From Alloascoidea hylecoeti (lineage: Eukaryota): a stretch of DNA of 44,070 bases. How positions within the stretch are numbered: position 1 is the stretch's first letter; each line of letters opens with the position of its first letter. The stretch spans positions 525,974-570,043 of the forward strand of contig BCKZ01000018.1 in the NCBI GenBank assembly GCA_001600815.1, read 5' to 3'. Under the pieces are notes generated by a model. The model made no database searches. It saw nothing but the letters and a program-made list of their open reading frames with translations, and was not told the origin of the DNA. Below are positions 25,401-35,772 of the stretch, one piece after another. A program made the translations under genes and the position numbers.

Positions 25401-26919
25401 TGATGGTATTCAACCATTAATATTAATTGGATTAAGATCTGCTAATACTTATGATCATACATTAAGACTTTTGGATAAATTGGATCATTTACAAAATAGT
25501 AAAATTATTGGTGGTAGTAATAGATTATTATTATCATTTTTAGCAAATGCTCCAAGATTCTTATATACTTTTAATGAAAAAGGTCCAGGAATTACACAAA
25601 AAGTTATTGATGCTGCAAATCAATTAACTGTTATGGCTGATGCTGAAAATATGGGTGGAATGTCAAGAATAACAACTTCGGTTGCTAAAAATAGATTCAG
25701 AAGTAAAGAAGATTTCTTAAGTCAAAGTGTTCAAGTTATTCAACAATATTTTAGTGAATATGATGCAGAAACTTTAGTTTTCTTATTAGGATTATTATCA
25801 AATAAAATTGATTGGGTTAAAATCGAAACAATGGAATTATTAAAACATTATTTCCCTCTTGTTGATTTACAAAGAGAAGAATTTGCTGGGGTTGGAGCTG
25901 ACTTAATTTCACCTTTATTACGTCTATTATTAACTGATTATGCTGATAAAGCTCTTGAAGTTTTAGATAAAACTGTTAGTATATCTGGAAGTCAAATGGA
26001 TAAAGATATCCTTCGGATGAGTTTGGGTAATAAAACATTACGTAAAGAATATGAAAAGGCTCCTACATTATTCGGTATTCCTGATGAAAGTGGTTGGGCT
26101 ATATCAATGCCTGCTGTAACATCAATGACAACTAGACATAATGTTCATGCAGTGTTTCTCAATTGTGAAGTTCCTTTCAACACTGAAGAAGTTACACCTA
26201 ATGAAGAGATTCAATTTCATATGGAAGAATACTATGTTCCACCAATGCCTGTTGACGATGGAGATCAAGTATCATCTAGTGGTGGAGATAGAGATGCTTC
26301 ACTTAGCCATATGTGGGCTGCATTGGATAACCTCGATAATTTCTTCACTGCTAGCATATCAGGGGTTTCAAATACACCTGCTACAACAGTTCATGGTCAT
26401 TCATATACCACATCAGTTGATACTCGTTATAGTAATGATTCTTCAATTATGCCTGTTGAATCAGCTCCTCAAATATATGACAAGAGCGTTTCTGATATTT
26501 TTAGTAAATTGGCTCGATCACCTTCAGCCGCTTCATTTAGAAAATCATTAGCCGATTCTTTTGGAAATAATCCTGTGCCAACTGGTGAACCATTATATTC
26601 ACAACAAAGAACATCATACATGTCACTTCGTGGTAAAAGAGGGTTGAGAAAGAATTCTATGGTAAACAATCTTAGTAACCCAATTCCCAACTTTTTCGGT
26701 AGTAATCCAACATCCCCAAATTATTCATTCCGTGATGATACTGAATCTATATCAGCAATGATGTCACCCATGGATTCATCTATTCGTCCATCATCTCCAA
26801 CTTCTATTAGATACCATGGTGCAACAGATTCTCTTTCTACTGAAAATGGTGGAGCAAATGGTGATGCGATATTCCGATTTGAAAGCTTATTGAATGGTTC
26901 TGTAAGTGCACGAAATTGA
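19412..26919 (+). CDS. TAO3: RAM-network scaffold Tao3/Pag1 (Furry/Mor2 family); exons 19412-19519 and 19582-26919
   Basis: Exon 1 MYEP...KSPAEYTLHILFTQ splices to FVRYAERKL...DPQFDKII.SLGYVARQKPKPVIDSVMFWRKSKSE. Later motifs include EEVEGNGLFFLCSQD and WATTCAVRHIACRSFQLFRSL. Confidence 0.95.
19520..19581 (+). other. TAO3 spliceosomal intron (62 nt)
   Basis: GTACGT donor, TCTAAC branch, CAG acceptor, phase 0; restores conserved LHILFTQFVR. Confidence 0.9.
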
Positions 26920-27242
26920 AATTGAAATTGAAAAGGTTTATAATTTAAGTTAAAACATTATTTTTTTTTTTTTTTTTTTTGTTATTATTATTATGTTAAC
27001 ATTGTACTCTCCTTTACAAATTTTATGGTTTTTCTGAGTTTCATTTTCATTTTCATTCACGTATATATATATATATATATTTATTAAATCTGAGCGATCG
27101 TACCAATTTATGTTCAAATATGTGTCTTTATATATAATTAAGAGCAATTACTTCCATGTTCAAATCACTTAATTACGGGCTCTCTTACTCTGAATTTTTG
27201 ACACATTTAATCCGTCCATACTCTTGACGTTCCATATAAAGG

Positions 27243-27385
27243 TGGCCGAATATTTAATGCATAGTGGTCAAACTTGGCTAAAAAGACTGATCGAATATTA
27301 TTACATCATGTAGTCTAATGATTCGTTTAAGCTGTGGGCGAATATATTGACCAACAAGTGGCCGCTACTAACACAAAGTATCGTA
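27243..27385 (+). repeat. Dispersed repeat family A, copy 2
   Basis: Similar to the reverse complement of 14481-14620, with internal cgaatat sub-repeats. Confidence 0.65.
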
Positions 27386-27589
27386 AATTACCCACAAACA
27401 CGTAGATTCATCCTATGCTGAGTATTCAGTTTCCACTAGATCGATAATTATATAAAAATAGGGAGCAACGTTTAAACTCGTCATTCTTTCTTTTATTCGC
27501 CTTTGTTAATGCAAATTATAGAATGTAAACGACGACCATTTGAACATCAACTAAAGTTTAATTTACAACTCCGTATAGAAGCAGAAGTA

Positions 27590-27990
27590 TGGATTGATCG
27601 TAGTTACATTCATAATGGTATTATATATGGTAAAATATCAGGAGCGGTAAGATCCTGGAATATTGAAACGGGTCAAAGAATCCAAGAATTTCCATTTAAT
27701 AAAAAAAAACTATAAATTGCTTCGCAGTAAATGATCAATACTTATTTGTTTGTAAATCCACAACCTTTAGGTTGTAGTAGTTACCAACAAATAGGACAAT
27801 TATTTTGTCAGATCGAAGTGTAGACAGTTCAAGTATAAATAATAATAAAGTCTTTTCGGTTGGTGATGTTTAGACTATTAAAATATGGAATATAAATAAA
27901 ATTAATTAAAGAATTTGAAGATCCAGAAAGTTTAAATGAAAAATTAGAATTATATTTTTTACCAATTGATGCTGATTCAAAAAGGCTAGC
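27590..27990 (+). pseudogene. Decayed WD40-repeat gene fragment
   Basis: GAVRSWNIETGQRIQEF, INCFAVNDQYLFV and VFSVGDV*TIKIWNINK/LIKEFE occur in shifting frames with stops. Confidence 0.55.
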
Positions 27991-28539
27991 TGCTTTGTGA
28001 TCTTATGATTTTAGTGACAATTTAAGGAAAAAATATTTAAAACATTTATAATCGATTGAAAATTCATATTTTGTGTAAGAACCTCTGGGGAGTACTCCAA
28101 TATATGCAATATACACATATTTTCAATTGGTTCAGTTGTGTATTTTTATCATTGCACCTATTCAAGACTTCCTCTAAGTTGGTTGCTTATAAGTTACATA
28201 TTTATTATTATGTATTTATTAAGCGGTATAGATTAAATGAGTGGGATATGCCAGTGCTAGTTTCCATGCTTGTTCTCAGTTACGCGCATGGTTCCTATTT
28301 AGTTTAACTGTCTATAATTACTGTTATCGCCTCTTGTGTGTTCATGGCCTGACTAGTGACTACCTTCGTGGTAGCTTTTAAATTTTTTGATCTCCGCTTG
28401 ACACTTTCTATATCCAGCTTTACATACTTTCATTAAAGCGAATTAAATTAATTTATGCTGAGATATTTGGAAGCTATTTAGCACTTATATTGCTCTAGAT
28501 GATTTATCGTTTGAACGTTTCTGGCATTATACATACGAC

Positions 28540-30700
28540 AAACTCAAACAATCGTAATGAATGATAGGAACTAATTGTAAATGACGTTCTAACTATATCT
28601 ATTTATGGAAATGCAAGTTAATTTTGTGGCAAAATGTCCATGTTTGTATGGGATAATGGACATGAGGAATATTTAAGCTATTCGAGATATGTTAAGAATA
28701 AGCAATGTTAGAAAATATTACACCCAAATAAAGTTGGAAAATAACTGAAATTGTAAATTGCCAATTATGGAATGTTCATTTTTGCTAATAAAAATGGACA
28801 TTTTGGAACAAGTGAAGTACAAACTCAGACAAACAATCGCAAGGAAGCAATGACGTGTTCTAAATATTTCCATTTATGGAAGTGTAAGTTAAGTTTATCG
28901 CAGTCCTTGTTTGTAAATATTAGAGTTGGATATTAACTAAAATATTTTTAATTACCAATTATGAAATATTCATTTTTCCTACATAGTAGCTATCAAAATA
29001 TTGGAACAGGTAAAGATGCTCCTTCTGTCACATGTACAATTAATGGCCACTTGTGAAATGCTCACTTTTCTTAACTTATCAGAAGTGTTTTTGCATGTAT
29101 AGGCCTAGTACCATGCATTAGCAGTCGTTTGTACCTCAGCTTAAACGCTGATTATAAATTTAAATATATATTATTATTTTTAATTGGAGTGTTGGCTAGC
29201 CATTTGGTATCCGGTACTTATCCTTCTCAGGTTAAAATATCAAAATCATCTCAATAGGCAAAAATCAGAGTGACGCCAAGTATTTATATACATTTAATTT
29301 CCGCCATTTGTTGTAGTAAGCTGTTTTAATACATCTGTTAATTAAGCGGCTTCTAATAAATAATAATATTAAGCGGTTATTTTGCTCTGACATAATTTAT
29401 TTTTTGAACTTTTCTCGCATACACATACCATTTTTAAATACAAACTCAACCGCAAGGAAAGAAACTGGCAAGGTGCGGGTATATTTATTTATGGACTCTT
29501 AGTAGAGTTTGTCGCAAAATGTCCATATTTGTATGGAATAATGGACAAGAAGGATATCACAAATACGACAAGAATACGCGAGAACAAACGATATCTAAAA
29601 ATATTAAACTCGTCTAGTTATGGATATTTTGGAGCAATTAAACAGGTGAAAAATTCAGATACACTTTTTTTGTTTCTATTAGTGTGCTTTAGACTATACA
29701 TTTTTTATTAATCAGTCAATATGAATTCAAAATCAGCAAATATGTAGTACTGTAAGCTTATAAGTTAGGTATAAATAATATATTAATGCATAAACGTCAA
29801 CTCTTGATATTAAGCTTGCTTCTTTCGATTAAAAATGCGATCTAAAAGTTATAATCAAATATATCAAGGTTAGTTTAATTGACGATGATGTTAAACAATT
29901 TAATCATTCTCAGTTACCTATCGCTATAGGCAGATGCTTCATCGTTTTTAATTATATTATTTATCAAATAATCATTTCTTACAACTTTTTTCAAATTCTA
30001 TTAGTAAGGAATACATTTCTTGGGATCCTCAGGTATATCAGGTATACTTAGATTAAAATTTTTGTAATTCATTTAAGATTAAATAAATATGAATATGAAT
30101 ATGAACATGAACAATACTATCCATAAACTGGCCACTAACTTTTGGTTTAGAATCACACGACGCAGTGTATCAGACATTCACATAACACCCAATAGAATTC
30201 CGATTTATAATGGATTATGAGATGTCAAACAAACATAGCTACTAACTCTGGGTCAAGAAAACGAGTGGTGGGGAGTTGATTCGCCTCAGATGTTCTGACC
30301 AAGCCATTGGGTTTAGCGAACCTTCGAACACAAGGTTACAATTTAACATGAAATCAGGTAACATATCAAATCATTAATCTCTACTAGTACTAGATATTCA
30401 AATAAGAGGGAGGTAGAGGATTCTCCCTATATGGTTAAATAGTTTCTAATTAGAAGTTTTAATTGGAAATTTTATGAAGTTTAAGAATTAAAAAAAAGCT
30501 GTTTTCATTATTATCTGATTAATCGATAAAATTTCGATATCTAATGCTAGAATTTGTTAAATGTTCAATTTCCAATTTTATTCGGGTATTTGCAGGTTTT
30601 ATAGATCTCGGTAACTATTGCCGGCCCTCTTAAATATTTTTTGTCCATTAACCCATACAATTATGAACATTTTGCGACAAACTTAATTTAAAATCCTTAT
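28540..30700. repeat. Dispersed/tandem repeat family B: copies at about 28540-28820, 28820-29015 and 29440-29650 (+) and 30630-30700 (inverted)
   Basis: Core tttgt(g/c)gcaaaatgt(c/t)cat..ttgtatgg..taatggaca at about 28623, 29508 and (reverse) 30642-30681; shared flanks acaaactca...gcaaggaa...atttatgga. Confidence 0.75.
30022..30420 (+). mobile_element. Ty1/copia RT/RNase H relic ending in a polypurine tract
   Basis: Collinear fragments ILRYIRYT (30025), IPIY (about 30197), NIATNSGSRKR and SDVLTKPLG (about 30286; ADxLTKPL motif), then purine run AAGAGGGAGG (30404-30413). Confidence 0.6.
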
Positions 30701-31327
30701 AAGGTAAGTGGAGGTTCCTTCGCGAACGGAAAATTAAAAAATGGAGATCCGGGTAACCTAACAACTAGGTATCATAACCAGTTCGAATATTCACTCATTT
30801 GAACCAATTTTCCATGCTATTTTTATCCTTTGACAAGACTCCAGAACTTGAGGTGGCTTGCAGGTAATCTTCTTATATCCATTCTCTTTTCTGGTAACAC
30901 TACACGTCAAACGGTCAATAATAGCAACAACCCAACATGTCCTACAATTGTTGGGTTTATTGGAAAGGGGCCCAGTGCAGAGAAAAGTTAACTAACATTA
31001 CGTTTACGAATTTCATTTCTTAGAGGTTGAGCCTACTTCGGCGCTTAATACATGTGTACCTATATACAGCTATATTAAGTTTAAAAGTAAAAGTAAAAGT
31101 GATATTATGTTTGTCAAGAGATGTCTAGTATACCGATACCGAATGGTAACACTGTGTTATAATACGATTGTACTAATAACTAATTAAGGACGGATATGTT
31201 TTCCCCTGGCTAAGGAACCTAATAGGAAGATATGCAATTGCAACTGTAGTTTGTGTCTGAAAGTCACGTGTAAGTGTTAGAAAAGATCCCTAACATCCAA
31301 ACATTTAAATGTGCAAGAAAAAATGCC

Positions 31328-31413
31328 TCCCGCATAGCTCAGTTGGTAGAGCGTTCGGCTTTTAGGTTTAAAAGCTGACCGAAATGTCCAGGGTTCGAGC
31401 CCCTGTGTGGGAG
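31328..31413 (+). tRNA. tRNA-Lys(UUU) with a 13-nt intron (31365-31377)
   Basis: Acceptor TCCCGCA/TGTGGGA, A-box TAGCTCAGTTGGTAGAGC, anticodon stem TTCGG/CCGAA with TTT at 31361-31363, T-arm CAGGG-TTCGAGC-CCCTG, downstream T-run terminator. Confidence 0.97.
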
Positions 31414-31439
31414 TTTCTTTTTGAAAAATTCAATTTGAC

Positions 31440-31721
31440 AAGGTCTGGTGTCGATTTCCTACGTAGACTAAGTTTAAGAATATATAAGACAATAATATTT
31501 GAACATTTTATGGGAAAAGATTATCAACTAAATGAAATGATTTGTGATTGCACAAGAAACACAAATGAATTAATTCTATAGGAGAAGCAATTAGAAACTT
31601 GAGAAACAGAAGATTCGGAACAACAACATTAGAATCAACAGACGAAAAACTTTTAACTGTAGTGAAAGCTGACATTAGAAGAATCAATATAAAATAATTA
31701 AATTAGTAAGGTAAAAAAAAA
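31440..31721 (+). mobile_element. Possible 3' end of a non-LTR (L1/Zorro-like) retroelement just downstream of the tRNA
   Basis: Broken reading frame ending GEAIRNLRNRRFG...KADIRRINIK* (weak IWxxRN-like motif), a short 3' tail and an A9 run at 31713-31721. Confidence 0.3.
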
Positions 31722-32379
31722 GAAGGGATTTTTTTGCGCCTTGAGGTTTGAGGTTTGAGGTTTGGGCTTTTACATTAATTGAGCACTCAATTTGCTTCCT
31801 TTTCTCCACTTTTCTCCTTCCTTCGAGCACCAATGTCAAAGGCGACGCTATAATTATAGCGCTAAATGTATTACTTACCGGTATATAGTCCCCTTGTCTC
31901 CTTTAAATTGCTCTTAATGGATGTGTATATGGTACATCTACCACATTATTATATTTGATTTCAATAGGTAATTGCTTAAAAAACCATTTTATATTTTTTT
32001 TCATGCTGAGTATTTGTTACACCATGTGCCATGTGGAGGAAATTAAGTTGATTAATACTTGAGGGTCACCCACCCCGCTTTCCCTTTCTGAGATATTTGG
32101 ATTTCAGTTTTAAATAACTCCCGCTTGATCCTGAAACTACAATGTATTAGATATATGGTATAGTACGATTATAACATTTTGTTTTTGGACCGATGACTGG
32201 TATCAATCATTACATAAAATAAATTAATATTATTAGGCTATAGTGTTGCAATTGGGGCCATCCAAAGTTTATGATAGATCCATATTCTTTCCCTAATATT
32301 GATAATAATTACTATTATATGAATGATCAATTAGAAAGACCGATATAAGCTAAATTAAGGTACAACTAGCTATATTTAG

Positions 32380-32428
32380 TAATTATCACGGTATATAGTA
32401 TAATTATCACGGTATATAGTATAATTAT
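32380..32428. repeat. 21-bp tandem repeat, 2.3 copies
   Basis: taattatcacggtatatagta twice, followed by taattat. Confidence 0.9.
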
Positions 32429-33049
32429 ACTATTAAGAAAATAATTAAAACAAAGTTATAACTTATAAAATACTTGAAATTTTATCGGATAAAGGGCTAT
32501 TGATTGATTTCCCGCTTCTAGCTGAAAAATGTCTTTAATAAACTTCTAATTAGTTATTACATCACAATTATTAAAAGGTTAATTATGAGGATCAATTGAT
32601 GTTTAATTTGTTGTTTTGAACTAAGTCATGTATCATTCTTTACCATGTAACTGGTCATCTAGTCACTCATTATTTGTTTTGATGATCACTAATATTACTT
32701 TATGATTATTAATGATTTATTATTAAGGAGGAGACCAATTAATTCTATGATTTTCATTTGTTTTTGAGAGATTTAATTGATCATGATACATTATTGTTGT
32801 TTTAACATAACTAGCTGAAAACCTCTAGAAGAAACCGCGAATCGTTGCAAATTGGTTCGAGACAAGTCATTTAATTAATCAGTTATTAGGGGTATCATTG
32901 ATGATTGATTTGAAGGTCATTATATACAATTGCACTTTGAGATAACAGATTTTTATGGAACAGCATTAATATTCATTATGATTAATCATTATTTAGACTC
33001 TAGATCTCTTTGTACAAGTTTGTAGTAGATATAAGTTATATCGATCGAG

Positions 33050-34130
33050 AAGTAATTATTATTGATTAAGGTCACAACCATCAAATTCACCCAGTCCAAT
33101 GGATAGGCCCATTTCCCAATTGATTGTATTTGTAATTAATTATGAGCTCGAGGGTTATTAATTGAATCATACATAGTACTGTCCAAGAACCTTTGATGGA
33201 AACGATTGGATGCAGGTGAATATGGATTATGTTGACAATTCTAATAATTATAATAAAATCAAATCTAGTTAATAGATATTTTTCTTCTTTTCCATTATTT
33301 TCTACATCTATAATGACAAATTGACAATTAGGAATTTAAGATAACTATAACTAGATACTAAAACCTTTAATAGAACAAATTTTACAATATTTCATCAAAT
33401 TTAAAGGGATATATCGATATCGATAGTATTCGATACATGAATATTTAAATGTTGTGATTGTAAATATTATAATAGATCGCATAATATAACCATCGATATC
33501 TTTAAAACTGAACAAAATTGATATATAATTATATATGGCTCTGATCTATGTCACTAACCCCCAACTTTAGAGGATGTATATAGCTCGAGGGTCATCATTA
33601 ATTTGATGATATCGATGCCTAAGGGAATCTATTAGAAGGACTAGATTCACCCTTCAAACTCCAGGCCAGTCATGTGAGAAGGATCCATCAGTCGGGCACG
33701 CAACTGCGACGCGCTATAAAACTGCCGTTGCAGGCCGTTCAACCCACATAATTTGCAATTGAGCCTTTTAAATGATGGTGAGGTATTAAGCAAGTTGGGA
33801 TTAAGCTAATTTCACGGTATCATTTGATACTTATCATTAGAGACCACGCGGCTCTGGTCGGGCGTAATGGATATGGCTAGCTGACTACGCGTACGTTTCA
33901 AAATTTGAAGGTTTAAACCATCTTAGAAACTTTCACTATATAATAGATATCATCATCAATTATTAATATAAACGTTTTGGGGTTATTTTCTGTGAGTGAT
34001 TGCTTCACTAGCATTATTTATAAGATTTAAAAACTTAATTATTATTGTAAAATTTAAAGGGACGATCAATATCAATATAAACAATGATAATGAAACTGTT
34101 GCCTTGACAAAAGAAAAAAATTTAGATCAT
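33050..34130 (-). ncRNA. Long structured non-coding RNA, telomerase RNA candidate (ends not defined; may extend to about 32450)
   Basis: Nested complementary blocks 33377-89/34043-55, 33555-64/33977-85, 33604-13/33946-55, 33651-62/33900-11, 33667-72/33882-87 and 33683-90/33865-72, several extended by G-U pairs only on the minus strand. Template-like repeat at 33785-33806. Second branched domain at 33070-33236. No ORF. Confidence 0.55.
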
Positions 34131-34176
34131 TTTCTCATCATTCATCTACTCCTGATATTATCTTTCCATAATTGAT

Positions 34177-34325
34177 TTAACGCGTTAACTATTAATCGTA
34201 CGCGTACTAATTAACGTTAATTAACAATATATTAGAAGTTTTTTAAACGCCTTTTACAATTAGATAAAGAATAATTGTAATCGATCGATATATATCATGA
34301 TCATACTATAGCGCTAGCGCTATAG
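34177..34325. promoter_or_regulatory. Cluster of perfect palindromes including two MCB (ACGCGT) elements
   Basis: TTAACGCGTTAA 34177-88, GTACGCGTAC 34198-207, TAATTAACGTTAATTA 34208-23, ATCGATCGAT 34280-89, CTATAGCGCTAGCGCTATAG 34306-25. Confidence 0.55.
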
Positions 34326-35207
34326 CCGTATAAAATGCCAACTAGTTTCATTATTAATTATTTTCTTATAATATTAATACATTTATATAGGCTTAAGTTT
34401 TCATTTTCCATATCGATTTATTATCGATATCCTAGTTTTATGCCATATATCATTTCGAAAAATCAAATCAGCATGATGATTGTTGATCATCAAATAATAG
34501 TCATGATCATTCATTCATTTTTATAATTATAAAGCAATATAAAAGCATCATTTCTTTAATAGATTAGAATTTATTATAATAAACTTTTTTTATTTTTCAA
34601 TTTCAAATTTCCAATCCTCCGCAAAACGTGATTTAAAGGAAAAAGAAAAAGCAAAAATTGAAAATTGAAATTGTGTTGTTAATCTAGAAATGGCTTTATA
34701 ACTTATAAAATATTTATTATAAATTTATTTACATAATGTAAACATTTAATTTTATTATCGATTGTAATTACAATTGAAATTAATTAACACCAACAAAAAA
34801 AAACAATTTAGTTTATCATCTAATCAATTATAATGATCATAAATATTACCAGTACCTTTAAAATATAACATCATTTAATTAACTATAAACTTTTTTTGAA
34901 TAATTAACTTTTATATACCAATTCAATTTTAAATAAAAGTAACTTGTAAAGATGTAAGATACAAAAAATATCATCATTAGCATATTGTAAACTTTCTATT
35001 TTTGAGTTATTATTTTTTTGAATTTTATAAAATACATCATGAAAAATTATTGGTAAACATATTTCAAGTTTCAAATTCAAACATTAAACTATCATTTTCA
35101 TAATTGTAATTCAATTGTTTAAATCAACTGATTAGTTCAAGTTATAATGAAATAGGTACCATTGATAAGACATCCAATTTAATAAAAATGTAAATTATAG
35201 AACTAAT

Positions 35208-35265
35208 TCAAAAATCAAAAATCAAAAATCAAAAATCAAAAATCAAACTCAAAACTCAAAATTCA
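35208..35265. repeat. (TCAAAAA)n simple repeat
   Basis: About five near-perfect and three degenerate 7-nt units. Confidence 0.85.
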
Positions 35266-35772
35266 AGATAGATAAAAACAGATTAAACACATAATAATAA
35301 ACAAAAAAGGTAAAAAAGATATAAAAAAAATTAAAAATAAACATGACATTTCAAATAACAACAATTAACAAATATTTTTGTAGCAAAAACGTTTAATTTA
35401 GATAATTTTATTGTATTAATGTTTTAGATTTTTAGGATTCAAAATTTAGAATTTTAGAATTCTTTTCAATAAATTTTAGACCCTTTTTTTTCATTATAAA
35501 ACAATATATATGATAAAAAATAATAACAATGTATAAAAAAAAAGAAAGAAAAAAAGAAAAAAGAAGAAAGAAAATAAAAAACATTGGATATGATATATTA
35601 ATTAAAAAAATATACCAATTCTCTTTATATTCCAAAAAATCTATAAACTATAAGTTAATTGATTATATTGTTCACTGTTATATATGAATGAAATTATAAA
35701 TAATAATGATAAGACGGTATTTTCATGATATTGATATTCATAAATGAATATGAAAGAAAAAAAAAAATGATA

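Noticed and set aside
28540..30700. CRISPR-like array
   Set aside because: Eukaryotic context; the repeats are long, degenerate, irregularly spaced and partly inverted.
31263..31400. Point centromere starting at CDEI-like GTCACGTG
   Set aside because: Not followed by a >90% AT CDEII and a CDEIII; the tRNA lies there instead.
32380..32476. Spliceosomal-cleavage 3' end for the candidate TER (minus-strand AUUUU-AUAAGU ... UACUAAA)
   Set aside because: The motifs are short and imperfect in very AT-rich DNA; not counted as evidence without 3' RACE.
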